64,000 nucleotides of DNA. It comes from Pseudomonadota bacterium. Its GTDB lineage: Bacteria; UBA10199; 2-02-FULL-44-16; JBDRGF01. Of this stretch, positions 1 to 9,998 are shown piece by piece. Each line of letters begins with the position of its first letter. Position 1 is the stretch's first letter. The notes under the pieces were generated by a model. That model was not told where the DNA came from. It worked only from the letters and a program-made list of their open reading frames with translations, and searched no databases. A program made the translations under genes and the position numbers. The stretch lies in contig JBDRGF010000075.1 in assembly GCA_043818055.1 (NCBI GenBank), positions 10,078-74,077 on the forward strand, read 5' to 3'.

Positions 1-16
1 ATAAGAGTAAGGTGTT

Positions 17-691
17 TTAGCTTTTAATGTTTTTTCTCAGAACTTCAAAGGCAGACAACTTTCCATAACAGACCAAAACGCAGGAGTCAGGAATTTTTGT
101 GCTTGCCGGAGGAAGCGACATAAGCCCTTTAGAATCTTCGAGAGATAAGACCATGATCTTGCGTTCTCTCAGGCCCGATTCCATCAACGTCTTTCCCGCC
201 AGTGGGGAAAATTCATCGACGGTCAATTTTACAATACCATAGTTATTTTTTTGATTTAAGAGCTGTTCAAGATTTGTATATTGCAGATCGGTTACCTGTG
301 TCAGTTTTCTCTTTGCCCATTTATTCAAACCGTTGTTGAACCTTGCGAACCTTGAAAGGAAATTTATCAGGGCTACGACTCCTATTACGGTCAATATGGT
401 GAATCCTGAGCTTGAAAATTTTCCCCCACCCAGAGATACGATGAATGTGGCGAGAACAGAAACGATACCTGCGTTTCCGAGTATGATGAGATAGGTGATG
501 ATCTTTCGTCTCTTGGGATGATGGAGGATCATCTCAGATTCCCTAGTCGTAAAGCCTGTGCTGGAAAATGCTGAAAGCGCCTGAAACCGAGCGACATCCT
601 GAGGCAGCCCCGTGAGCTCGAGGGCGATTCCCCCGAGTTTTACGATCGTGTATGAAAGAATTATAAAGAGGCCTAATAGTATTAAACTCAT
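17..691 (-). CDS. Membrane protein with C-terminal TrkA-C (RCK_C) domain
   Basis: FQALSAFSSTGFTTRESE channel-like motif, TM helices, C-terminal SPLAGKTL..GLRE..IMVL (RCK_C-like). Start moved to MSLILL (691); the longer ORF runs through the regulatory region. Confidence 0.75.
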   Translation of the reverse strand: MSLILLGLFIILSYTIVKLGGIALELTGLPQDVARFQALSAFSSTGFTTRESEMILHHPKRRKIITYLIILGNAGIVSVLATFIVSLGGGKFSSSGFTILTVIGVVALINFLSRFARFNNGLNKWAKRKLTQVTDLQYTNLEQLLNQKNNYGIVKLTVDEFSPLAGKTLMESGLRERKIMVLSLEDSKGLMSLPPASTKIPDSCVLVCYGKLSAFEVLRKNIKS

Positions 692-734
692 ATTTCGCAG
701 TCTAACATGATTTTGTTTTGAAAACAATGTGGAT

Positions 735-768
735 TCCAAAATCCTGGATCGGAATCCGGGATTTTGGA
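735..768 (+). promoter_or_regulatory. Paired 14-bp imperfect palindromes (putative bEBP enhancer/UAS), operon 1
   Basis: TCCAAAATCCTGGA (735-748) and TCCGGGATTTTGGA (755-768), 20-bp period; same arrangement at 11216-11249. Confidence 0.75.
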
Positions 769-845
769 CAAAATTTTTCATCATAAATATACTAGAAAAA
801 AATCGACCTGTTTATATTTCAACAACTTAATTCCCAAAACAACTT

Positions 846-861
846 TGGCACAATAATTGCT
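846..861 (+). promoter_or_regulatory. Sigma54 -24/-12 promoter, RiPP operon 1
   Basis: TGGCAC-AATAA-TTGCT matches the TGGCAC-N5-TTGC consensus, ~60 bp upstream of the first precursor. Confidence 0.85.
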
Positions 862-922
862 ATAGAGATTTTCGAAGCTCGAGCAAAAACAAATTAACCA
901 ATAACAAAGAAAGGAGAGGAAA

Positions 923-1015
923 ATGGAAGCATTAAAAAAGGGCATTACCGAAATTGAAATCGTCACAGAAGGCTCTGAAGAAGAGATGCTTTGGGGAGTT
1001 GTTGGTGGTAAGTAA
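923..1015 (+). CDS. RiPP precursor peptide A1, 30 aa: MEALKKGITEIEIVTEGSEEEMLWGVVGGK
   Basis: Hand translated; AGGAGAGG RBS; paralog of the next ORF; directly upstream of rSAM genes; too short for the ORF track. Confidence 0.88.
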   Translation: MEALKKGITEIEIVTEGSEEEMLWGVVGGK

Positions 1016-1044
1016 ACCAAAAACAATTTAAAAAGGAGAGAAAA

Positions 1045-1143
1045 ATGGAAACGTTAAGAAAAGACATCAATGAAATTGAAGTTGTCACAGAAGGTTCCGA
1101 AGAGGAGATGCTTTGGGGCGTTGGCGGCAGCAAGAACAATTAA
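1045..1143 (+). CDS. RiPP precursor peptide A2, 32 aa: METLRKDINEIEVVTEGSEEEMLWGVGGSKNN
   Basis: Hand translated; AAGGAGAG RBS; VTEGSEEEMLWGV identical to A1 despite synonymous codon changes. Confidence 0.88.
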   Translation: METLRKDINEIEVVTEGSEEEMLWGVGGSKNN

Positions 1144-1154
1144 TGAATTAATCG

Positions 1155-1191
1155 TGTATGGGGGAGTCAAACTTGCGACTCCCCTCATACA
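1155..1191 (+). terminator. GC-rich stem-loop after the precursor genes (attenuator or mRNA stabiliser)
   Basis: TGTATGGGGGAGTC / GACTCCCCTCATACA inverted repeat; no U-tract. Confidence 0.6.
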
Positions 1192-1202
1192 TCATATCTA
1201 CT

Positions 1203-2549
1203 ATGAAAAAACTACTATTAAATAAAAATGTTATTATCAGGGATGAAAGATCATTTTGGTTGATGTTTAATCCTAATAATGGAGCTACTGTTAAATTGAA
1301 CAATGATATTGGTAGTCATATCAAAAAGACACTAGATAATGATGAAAAAAAATTAAACATACCAAACATCAGCGAAAGAACGATCGATGTTTTAAACAAG
1401 GAAGGATTTCTAATAAAAGATGGATGTAATAAAGAAGTCTCCCTGAACAATCGCGTTCAAATCGGTGAAAGATGCAATTGGGTGGTTGGCCCTCAGATAG
1501 AATTCAGTTCAAAAATCTCTCCCGTAGGGTTGCTTTGGGAGATAACAAACATGTGTAATCTGAATTGTGTTTATTGTTTGCCCAATGCAAAGGAAAAAAG
1601 AAAAAACAACAAAGAGTTATCAGCTAATGAATTGAACACCATAGTCGACAATATCATAAGGGCAAAGGTTTGCAGGGTGACGATATCGGGCGGTGAGGCG
1701 TTGCTTAGAAAAGATGATATGTTTCAGATAGCCAGAAAATTAAAATCTGCAAACATAATGGTGGGAGCTATTTCGAATGGATTGATCATTGACGAAAAGA
1801 TGGCAGATGAGATTAAAGAATTGGGAATTCTCATGGGCGTTAGTTTGGATGCTCCGAAGGGAAATATCAATTGTATAACAAGGGGAAAAGGCGTTTTTGA
1901 AAAGGCTCTGACTGCTATTAGGTTGTTGAAAAAAAGAAAAATTCCATTTAATGTGATATCTACAGTTACCAATATCAACTTCGACTACCTTCCAGAATTA
2001 TTTCTGTTGCTCAGGTCTATAGGAGTTACCAATATCGGCCTTCAGGATTTAAAACCATCAAATCCGGATGTGTACGAAAAATTTAAACTTACAAGAGAAC
2101 AAGAGCTAAAAATAAATGACATGTACGCATATCTTAAATCAACTTATCCGGAGATATGCTTTAATGATAACGAATTGAGAATCTTTTCAGGATTGGTTGA
2201 TAAAAATGGATGCGAAGACAAAACGATAATGAGGTGTTTGGCAGGCACAGTTACTGGATATATCAATAGCGAAGGTGACATGTTTCCATGCACAAGTTTA
2301 AAAAGCTTAAAAATGGGGAATGCTGTTGAGGATGAAATTACACAGATGTGGCAGCATTCAGAAGCAATGAAAAAGCTAAAGAAAATGAAAAATCAAACTA
2401 CAGATGTATTAAGTGGTTGTGATCAAAGCTGTCCCATCAAGAAAACTTGCGATGGGGGCTGCCGAGGAGAAGCCTTTTATTTAAATGGAGATTGGAGTTC
2501 CTTGCATCCTAGATGCTTGAAGATATTAAGATATGAAAATAAAATTTAA
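1203..2549 (+). CDS. Radical SAM/SPASM peptide maturase (PqqE/MftC/AlbA-like), possible N-terminal RRE
   Basis: CNLNCVYC, SGGE, SPASM CLAG..GDMFPC and CDQSC..CDGGCR..C; ~100 aa N-terminal extension. Start 1203 preferred because 1158 lies in the hairpin. Confidence 0.88.
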   Translation: MKKLLLNKNVIIRDERSFWLMFNPNNGATVKLNNDIGSHIKKTLDNDEKKLNIPNISERTIDVLNKEGFLIKDGCNKEVSLNNRVQIGERCNWVVGPQIEFSSKISPVGLLWEITNMCNLNCVYCLPNAKEKRKNNKELSANELNTIVDNIIRAKVCRVTISGGEALLRKDDMFQIARKLKSANIMVGAISNGLIIDEKMADEIKELGILMGVSLDAPKGNINCITRGKGVFEKALTAIRLLKKRKIPFNVISTVTNINFDYLPELFLLLRSIGVTNIGLQDLKPSNPDVYEKFKLTREQELKINDMYAYLKSTYPEICFNDNELRIFSGLVDKNGCEDKTIMRCLAGTVTGYINSEGDMFPCTSLKSLKMGNAVEDEITQMWQHSEAMKKLKKMKNQTTDVLSGCDQSCPIKKTCDGGCRGEAFYLNGDWSSLHPRCLKILRYENKI

Positions 2550-3564
2550 CACATTTGATTTTCTGATCACAAATGCATGCGACAAAAGATGCTCGATATG
2601 CTGCACCAATCCGCATGCCATGAATGAAATCCAGCATTTAAAATTCAATGATTTTTGTGGGGTTGTCGATTGTATCGAAAAATACTTAGAAGAAAAAAAC
2701 GAAACAGGCAACTGGGGGATTTCGGGGGGAGAACCCTTTATGTATAGTGATCATGAGGTGGGAAAAAATTATACGCTGGTTGATATTGTGGAATATCTTA
2801 GCACAAAGAAATTTATAAATAGTGTTTCCATCAGAACGTCAGGCTTCGATATAAATTCAAAACAAAAATTGATTTTTGATGCATTAGAGAAACTCAGAGC
2901 ACGCAAATTTATCACTTTTACTACTAGCTACAATTTATTTCAAAAAGGAGACATCAACGAAAGATTGAAGTGGATTTTACCAATATGGCTGGAATCTCAA
3001 GATAATCTTGAGATTCAAGTTATATATAATAAATCCAATTATCAAAAGACCTTGGATGGCTTAAATCAGTTGCTAAAGACGGCAAATTTACTTGTCGATA
3101 AATCACAGACCATAAAAATCTTGCAGGAAAGATTGCACAAGTCAAATTATTATAGCTGGTCTATCGATGGAAAGAGAGTGGATATCAAAACATACCCGGC
3201 GTATTCTCATGGGAAAATTGATGGTGAAGAGTTTTTTGAGTTCAAGACAGCAAAATGCGTTTCACTATCAAAAGCGGATTCAAACGCTGTCTTAGTCGTT
3301 AATTTTGATGGAACGCTACATCATTGTTGTAATCCGTATTATAGTTTTAAAAGACGGTTTTTTTCACCAAAGATAGAAGGTCTTTTAAGTGGAGGAATAG
3401 CATTGGAAGATATCGCCAATTTGTTTTCAGATGGTATGGAAAGGGTTCTGCTTGAGCCAAAAATAAAATATAATCTCCAGAGAGATTATTGCGATATGTG
3501 TTCAGTACTACTCTTTGGACCTGTAATTACAGCAGAAGGAAAGTTTTGTGAAAAACCAAATTGA
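2533..3564 (+). CDS. Second radical SAM protein (twitch/SPASM-like C-terminus)
   Basis: CDKRCSIC motif, SGGEP, C..VVNFDGTLHHCC and terminal CDMC. Confidence 0.8.
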   Translation: MKIKFNTFDFLITNACDKRCSICCTNPHAMNEIQHLKFNDFCGVVDCIEKYLEEKNETGNWGISGGEPFMYSDHEVGKNYTLVDIVEYLSTKKFINSVSIRTSGFDINSKQKLIFDALEKLRARKFITFTTSYNLFQKGDINERLKWILPIWLESQDNLEIQVIYNKSNYQKTLDGLNQLLKTANLLVDKSQTIKILQERLHKSNYYSWSIDGKRVDIKTYPAYSHGKIDGEEFFEFKTAKCVSLSKADSNAVLVVNFDGTLHHCCNPYYSFKRRFFSPKIEGLLSGGIALEDIANLFSDGMERVLLEPKIKYNLQRDYCDMCSVLLFGPVITAEGKFCEKPN

Positions 3565-4969
3565 ACAATTGATCAGCTATTTTCCTGGCGATTATGTCGA
3601 AGCCGCGGTTCAGCATAAGATGGTAAACTCATTCTCTTTGCTAAATGGAAAAGGAGATGGAACTGATTTCAGCGGGACAAAAACTTCTGCGAGAGTGACT
3701 TTGTACAGGGGTGGACAAAGGCTTCACCTGCCGATCAGAGAAATAAATGGCAGAATTTCATTTTCGGATTTAAAAGATAAGATTTTTAATTCTCATTTCG
3801 ATAATAAATTTGATGTATATTATAATAAAAACGGTTTTCAAAGGCTCCAAAAGAAATCTAAGAATATACTCCGAGATAAAGAGGCTTTTTACTTAACAAA
3901 ATGCAAGTTGCCTTTCAATTCAATCAACAACAACACAAAAAGAGAGATATTTGCAGATAGATTGATAAAATGTGATAGGTGTAAGCCATCCTTTGTCGAT
4001 CTGATAATTTTTTATCAGGATTCTATGACAGAAACCTGCTATTATAATTCCAACAATTTCTATCATAACAGAGTGGATAGCATGATTGAATTCTCCGGTT
4101 TTCTTAAATATGAGAGAAAACTATATCCAATTTTTTCGCACAACGAAATGGCAGGATTGGAAGTTTTGGTTGATTATGTTTTTGGGAATGGATTTGAAGA
4201 AAAGATCGAGATGATAAAAGTATTTAAGAATGCATGGGCTACAAAAATAAAGTCGGGAATCTATAATGTGATCTTGGACCCAACGCTTGGTGCGGGCTTA
4301 ATTCACGAAGCATTTGGTCATACTTGTGAGGCGGACATCTCATTCAGTAAAAATGTTAAAGGTCGAAGGGAGTTATTTGCCAAATTTAGAAATGAAGACA
4401 TCACTATTGCCGATGATCCAACAATTGCTGAAAAGGGGTTTGTCTATATTGATGACGAAGGGGTTATGGCTAAAAAAAAATATCTTGTTGAAAAGGGAGT
4501 TCTTAAATCCTGCATGCATTCAATATTTACAGCTACAAACAATAATTCAGAAGTTATGGGAAATGGCAGAACATCTGATGCGAGCCAAATTCCAATTCCA
4601 AGGATGACAAACACTTATATCGAGCCAAAAAATATCAGTCTGACAGAAATGTTCAGTTCCCTTGACAATGGATTGTATCTCAAAGGTAACATTGGAGGTG
4701 GTAAAACAAACGGAAGAAAGTTTTCTTTAAATGTTGAACAAGGATACATTGTAAAAAAGGGGAAAATAACAGGGAGCCCTATCTCAAATCTTGTCATAAA
4801 GGGAGATTGTTTTGCTACGATCAATAATATTGTCAAAATAGGAAATGATTTAACATTTGTGAAAGGTTTTGGAGGATGTTCAAAAAAAGGACAAAACAAT
4901 CTTCCAGTGTCGGGTGGGTCTCCTCATCTTATGGTAAAAAATGTTTTTGTAACGCATGTTGAAAGTTGA
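3548..4969 (+). CDS. tldD: TldD/PmbA family metalloprotease (TldD-type)
   Basis: HEAFGHTCEAD zinc motif, DDEG, GNGR..PIPRMTNTY, GCSKKGQ; GTG start. Confidence 0.88.
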   Translation: MKNQIEQLISYFPGDYVEAAVQHKMVNSFSLLNGKGDGTDFSGTKTSARVTLYRGGQRLHLPIREINGRISFSDLKDKIFNSHFDNKFDVYYNKNGFQRLQKKSKNILRDKEAFYLTKCKLPFNSINNNTKREIFADRLIKCDRCKPSFVDLIIFYQDSMTETCYYNSNNFYHNRVDSMIEFSGFLKYERKLYPIFSHNEMAGLEVLVDYVFGNGFEEKIEMIKVFKNAWATKIKSGIYNVILDPTLGAGLIHEAFGHTCEADISFSKNVKGRRELFAKFRNEDITIADDPTIAEKGFVYIDDEGVMAKKKYLVEKGVLKSCMHSIFTATNNNSEVMGNGRTSDASQIPIPRMTNTYIEPKNISLTEMFSSLDNGLYLKGNIGGGKTNGRKFSLNVEQGYIVKKGKITGSPISNLVIKGDCFATINNIVKIGNDLTFVKGFGGCSKKGQNNLPVSGGSPHLMVKNVFVTHVES

Positions 4970-4974
4970 TGTAA

Positions 4975-6948
4975 ATGAATATGAAGATACTCTTAGTCAA
5001 TCCATATTGGTCCATAGTTTCTAAATATACTCCTTATAGTTTATTGCAATTGGGGTCATATATCAATGCAAAGACAATTCATAAAGCAGAAGTGTTAGAT
5101 CTCAACATTGAATTACATGATGATATGTACAATCCTCACATTCTTATTGAAAAGGCTTGTAATTTGGTTTTGCAAAAGGATTTTGACATATTAGGGATTT
5201 CGGTCACCACTATAGACCTTCCGTTTACAGTCAGCTTTACCAAAAAATTTAACAAATTGTGCAATAAGCCAGTTGTTTTAGGAGGGATTCATGCAACTCT
5301 TGCCCCAGATGAGTTATTTTCACTTTGTCCAGTTGATTACATTGTTCGTGGAGAGGGAGAGATAACTATTTCCAACCTTCTGGATAATTTGGATATAATG
5401 AACAATAAAAATCTTAAGGACATTATGGGTCTTTCTTATCGTGATGGGAGTGCGATAGTTCACAATAATAACAGAAAAGTAATTTCCGATCTTTCTATCC
5501 TGCCTCTAGTGGATTATCAACTCATAAAACCATTGAAACATTATTTTATCAACAAACTTAAAAAAAGTTATATCATGTGCAGCAGGGGATGTGGATACAA
5601 TTGCAAGTTTTGTTCAGGCAGTCGAATATGGATGAAACAGCGCAGATTTCCCATTGATAGAATATTGAATGAAATCAAATTTCTAAAAGATTCCGGATCC
5701 GAGTTCATTTCCATCCAGGATGATTGTTTGACTATGAAGCGCTCCTGGTTTTTGGAGTTGGCTGAAGGCATTGGAAAAATAGGCATTAATTGGGGATGTT
5801 TGAGCAGGCTCGACCGCATTGATGAAGATATGCTTGATACAATGAAATCAAGCAGGTGCAAAGAGGTCTATTATGGCATAGAGTCGGGTAGCCCAAGGGT
5901 AAGAAAATTTTTGGAAAAAGGACTGATGTTTTCAAATGAAATAATTATAAAAAAAGTCAAAGACACTTTGAAAAGGGGAATTAATCCAATTTGCTCTTTT
6001 ATGACAGGCATACCGACTGAAACTGAAGAAGAGTTCAATGAAACGGTTAATCTGGCCGTTGAAATTAAAAGGTGTGGTGCAAAACCTCAACTCAACCTGC
6101 TCACTCCACTTACTGGGACTAGACTCAAAGAAGAATACAAAGACAAAATTATTAAATATGACAAGTGGGAGAAAATAGGTTTTGCAGACATTTTTGCAAA
6201 GGATCAACATTGGCTATTCAACTATCTTCTGGATGAGTTGAAGGATTATCTTCCGGACTATTATTTGTTCAAAAATCAAATGCCGCTTAATAGATTTGTT
6301 TCAAAGTATATGAAAGCCAGAAAAGAGCTTTCCCTCGAGAGCAAAAGCAACAAGATGTTTTTTCTAGATAGAACAGAAGATGAGATATTGGTGCTCAATG
6401 GTGAAAGGTTGCGTGTCGATAAAAGCAGTTTTATAGAATTAAAACTCGAATGCGGCATGCTTGATGAGTACAGAGCTCAGCGCAATAAGCTTTCTTCTAA
6501 TATCATTTTTATTCAATTTAAATATTCATCCTTCAAGTGCAATATTATTCCTGAAACAAAGGAATTTTTAACAGAAATCTTAAAAGAAATTAATTCTGGG
6601 TATCGTATAATTATATTAAATCCCCTGCCGCGTTGTTCACTGTCGGATGAAGCGACGAAACTGTTACGTGAGATAACGCTCCCTCATAATTGTCTTTGGT
6701 GTTCAAATCTTTTTTATAAATGTTTGGATAAGATAAAAATGTGCTCAGCCATAGGGGATGATGTTGAGCTCAAGGTTCCATTTGAACACATAGATAGCAG
6801 GAATAGAATATATCGCTATTTTGTAAAAGAAACTTTGGATAAAAATATAATCAGTGATAAAAAGTGTAGTGAATGTTCAATGCAACGAGATTGCACTATG
6901 CTTTGCATAGGTAGAGGTGATCGACAAAACAATGAGAGTTTTGCATGA
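4975..6948 (+). CDS. Cobalamin-dependent radical SAM enzyme (class B methyltransferase-like) with Cys-rich C-terminal extension
   Basis: B12-binding N-terminus (LGGIHAT, GEGE), SRGCGYNCKFC, GIESGS; C-terminal CLWC and CSECSMQRDCTMLC. Confidence 0.88.
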   Translation: MNMKILLVNPYWSIVSKYTPYSLLQLGSYINAKTIHKAEVLDLNIELHDDMYNPHILIEKACNLVLQKDFDILGISVTTIDLPFTVSFTKKFNKLCNKPVVLGGIHATLAPDELFSLCPVDYIVRGEGEITISNLLDNLDIMNNKNLKDIMGLSYRDGSAIVHNNNRKVISDLSILPLVDYQLIKPLKHYFINKLKKSYIMCSRGCGYNCKFCSGSRIWMKQRRFPIDRILNEIKFLKDSGSEFISIQDDCLTMKRSWFLELAEGIGKIGINWGCLSRLDRIDEDMLDTMKSSRCKEVYYGIESGSPRVRKFLEKGLMFSNEIIIKKVKDTLKRGINPICSFMTGIPTETEEEFNETVNLAVEIKRCGAKPQLNLLTPLTGTRLKEEYKDKIIKYDKWEKIGFADIFAKDQHWLFNYLLDELKDYLPDYYLFKNQMPLNRFVSKYMKARKELSLESKSNKMFFLDRTEDEILVLNGERLRVDKSSFIELKLECGMLDEYRAQRNKLSSNIIFIQFKYSSFKCNIIPETKEFLTEILKEINSGYRIIILNPLPRCSLSDEATKLLREITLPHNCLWCSNLFYKCLDKIKMCSAIGDDVELKVPFEHIDSRNRIYRYFVKETLDKNIISDKKCSECSMQRDCTMLCIGRGDRQNNESFA

Positions 6949-9900
6949 AAAGGATATATACAGAAAGATTCTACATTCTTTCGGTTGCTGTCATCATCAT
7001 TCTGGCGGGTATCTATTACTCCCTAAGAATCCCCATAGAGTTATATCCCAACGCCACTCAGACGAAAATAACAGTCCAAACTCATTATAAAAGTCTATCT
7101 CCTTTCGCCTTTAAAGATCGTTATGGAGATTTGATAGAAAAAGAATTGAATGGAGAAGGCGAATTTGAAGAGGTAGATTGTAAATATCAATACGAATATG
7201 CAATTTGCAGGGGAAAGTTGCCGTTCGGTTCAGATGATCATGTAATTTTGGAAAGGGTAAAAAACAAGCTTGAACCAATTTTTTTGTCATTTCCCGCTGA
7301 ATGGAAAGAGGCAGAGGTAAACTTTGGCGATTCCAACAAGGGAGTTCTTATAATAGCATTATACTCAAAAAATATACCTCTGAAAAAGGTCTATGATGAG
7401 ATATCGCCATCGATCAATTCGTTCCTTTCGACTCATCCCGATGTCAGTGTCGGTGAAGTTTCAAATCTTTTTGAAAAAAAGATTTCAATAAGCATAAAAC
7501 CAAATGTTGAAAATAAAATCACCAAAGAAATGATCTTTAATCAACTTAGTTCTTCAAACAATGATATTAAAACCATTGGAAACATTTCCATTGAAGGAAA
7601 TATTCTTTCAATAGAAGCAAGTTCAAAATTGATAGAAAGCCTTGATGATCTCGAAAATTTCAAGCTTTTGACCAAACAAAATGAGATACTAAAGCTGAAA
7701 GATATCGCCGACGTAAAAATCATTCCAGTCGAACCTAATGAATTGTTTAAAGGAAATAATCAAAATTCACTCATAGTGTGGGTTGCTCCTCAGGCAAAGG
7801 CTAACCTGGTTAATTTTAGCGATTCCATCGAATCCAAAGTCAAAGCAGAGATTAAACGTTTCAACGGCGAAGTTACTGCTCAAACGCTTTTGAATCCGGC
7901 ATCTTTTATCAGGAACGCGGTTAAAGACATTTTGTATTCATTGATTATCAGCGTGATACTCTCTGGAATTGTCGTCTTCTTGTTTTTGGGATCCTTGAAA
8001 TATTCCACAGTTATAAATCTAGTCATGCCCTTGTCGTTATTTGGCACTATTTTATTCATGTATATCTTAGGTATAGAAGTGAACCTCATTTCAATGGGGG
8101 CAATGGCCATTGCAATAGGCATGGTTGTCGATGCATCTATAGTGGTAATAGAAAATATTTTTAGGCACCTGCAAAATACGCATCCGAAGGATTATTCCGA
8201 GAAACTTGGAATCTATGTCAAAGCTGTATCAGAAGTTAAAGGTGCACTTTTTTCGTCAACGATAACGACCATATGTGTTTTCGTGCCACTGCACTATGCC
8301 TCTCCTCTTGTCAGCGCCATCTTGGGAGATGTTGCGACGGTGATGACGCTCAGTCTTTTTCTTTCCATGATAATGGCCATCTTTTTTGTTCCTTCAATCC
8401 TTTTGTGGATAAATCCAGATATCACGCAGATGGAAAATTTAAAGCACAAGTCCAATTTTCTAAATAGATGTTTTACAAATATTCAAAAATACTACTCAGA
8501 GGCAGTTAAATGCTTTATCACAAATAAAGTCATCAATGTCCCGATTATAATAACATTGTTAATCCTCTTTTTACTATCTTTATATTTGGCTGTTTACAAG
8601 ATTGACCACGAACTTATAGCAACACCGACATCAGATATAATTGTTTTTCATAGGGGTAATTCAAAAGACGTTGACAGCATTGCTACGCAGGAAAAGGATT
8701 TTCACGATACTGAGCGGGAGGTGTTTAAGCTAACATCTGACTATGTTGATTTTACGCTTACCGTCTTGCGCAAGGATTTAGCGATGATGTTGTTGCACAT
8801 CAAAAATGAAAAATACAAAGAAACATTGAAACAACTTCTCATAAAAAAATATAAGAGCTCAGAAAAATATGAATTCAAGGTAGTCGATTGGGTTCCAACG
8901 CAATTTGAAATACCAGACCCACCACAGATGAAGGTGTTGATCGGCGGTGCAAGCCCAGCTGAAAGCAAATTGATTCAGGCTGAGGTGGAAAAATTCATTT
9001 TAGCAAACAGCAAAACGGTAAGGTCTTATTCCATTCCGACAAGCCTAACTTCGGATGAGATAATCGTTGATATAGACGTTGAAAAACTGGGTTATCAAAA
9101 CAGAATTCACGGAACATCTTATTCAAAAAAACAAATCCTTGATATCTTGAATTTTCACGCGAAAGAAAAATATTTAAGGCACATGAAGTTTGATGGAGCA
9201 AAAACAGCGGTATTTCTTGAATCGGACTATCCCAAATTAAAGAGAGAAAAGATTTCAAGCTTTAGCATACCGTTTGGGAACGGATCGCTAACGCTGGATA
9301 AAATCGCAGACATAAAATTAGTCAAATCAGATAGTGAGATTCACAGCTACAATGGTGGTATGCAATATGAAGTAGATGCCTTTTTTTCGGACAAGGGCTT
9401 CACATATTTCGATGAATTTTCAACAACATTAATTCATAAATTTGGTAAAGAGAAAATATCAACACATTATCCTTATGGACTGATAAACGATACAATAAAC
9501 AAACTCTTTTGGGCATTGGCTGTTTCCTGTTTGCTCGTATTCCTTGTGGTTTTTTTACAATACAGGAACATCTATTACACCTTAATAATATTGATGGCAA
9601 TTCCTACTAGCGTGATTGGAGCTCTCATTTCATTATATATATTCAAATCAACTCTTGGCATGAACGCGCTTTTGGGTCTCATTTTGCTTTCAGGCATAAG
9701 TGTCAACAGCACAATCATCATCATAGATTTTTACGATAAAATAGGCTCTGACGACATCGCTGACGGAATTGTTCAAACGATGAACTTGAGATTAAAGCCA
9801 ATTTGCATGACTGCCTTTACCACTGTCATAGCAATGGTACCCATCGCTGTAAAATTATTCAGCGGTTCAGAGGCGCTGCAGCCGCTGGGAATAACGATAA

Positions 9901-9998
9901 GTTGCGGATTATTTGTTTCAACACTATTGATACTCTTTATCGTTCCCTGGCTACTCTATTGTTTGCCGAAGAAGAGAGTTGGGAAATCACAGTTATGA
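6945..9998 (+). CDS. RND efflux permease (AcrB/CusA family)
   Basis: 1017 aa, GMVVDASIVVIENI, RLKPICMTAFTT, two periplasmic domains and TM blocks. Confidence 0.9.
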   Translation: MKRIYTERFYILSVAVIIILAGIYYSLRIPIELYPNATQTKITVQTHYKSLSPFAFKDRYGDLIEKELNGEGEFEEVDCKYQYEYAICRGKLPFGSDDHVILERVKNKLEPIFLSFPAEWKEAEVNFGDSNKGVLIIALYSKNIPLKKVYDEISPSINSFLSTHPDVSVGEVSNLFEKKISISIKPNVENKITKEMIFNQLSSSNNDIKTIGNISIEGNILSIEASSKLIESLDDLENFKLLTKQNEILKLKDIADVKIIPVEPNELFKGNNQNSLIVWVAPQAKANLVNFSDSIESKVKAEIKRFNGEVTAQTLLNPASFIRNAVKDILYSLIISVILSGIVVFLFLGSLKYSTVINLVMPLSLFGTILFMYILGIEVNLISMGAMAIAIGMVVDASIVVIENIFRHLQNTHPKDYSEKLGIYVKAVSEVKGALFSSTITTICVFVPLHYASPLVSAILGDVATVMTLSLFLSMIMAIFFVPSILLWINPDITQMENLKHKSNFLNRCFTNIQKYYSEAVKCFITNKVINVPIIITLLILFLLSLYLAVYKIDHELIATPTSDIIVFHRGNSKDVDSIATQEKDFHDTEREVFKLTSDYVDFTLTVLRKDLAMMLLHIKNEKYKETLKQLLIKKYKSSEKYEFKVVDWVPTQFEIPDPPQMKVLIGGASPAESKLIQAEVEKFILANSKTVRSYSIPTSLTSDEIIVDIDVEKLGYQNRIHGTSYSKKQILDILNFHAKEKYLRHMKFDGAKTAVFLESDYPKLKREKISSFSIPFGNGSLTLDKIADIKLVKSDSEIHSYNGGMQYEVDAFFSDKGFTYFDEFSTTLIHKFGKEKISTHYPYGLINDTINKLFWALAVSCLLVFLVVFLQYRNIYYTLIILMAIPTSVIGALISLYIFKSTLGMNALLGLILLSGISVNSTIIIIDFYDKIGSDDIADGIVQTMNLRLKPICMTAFTTVIAMVPIAVKLFSGSEALQPLGITISCGLFVSTLLILFIVPWLLYCLPKKRVGKSQL

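Noticed and set aside
692..784. N-terminal extension of the TrkA-C ORF
   Set aside because: Runs through the enhancer palindromes; the hydrophobic domain begins at Met 691.
781..1026. 81 aa minus-strand ORF in the track
   Set aside because: Antisense shadow of precursor A1 and the sigma54 promoter; the plus-strand ORFs have RBSs and paralogy.
923..2549. Mycofactocin or PQQ assignment (MftC/PqqE-like rSAM; IDG in A3)
   Set aside because: No IDGMCGVY or ExxxY core and no mftB/D/E or pqqB/C genes.
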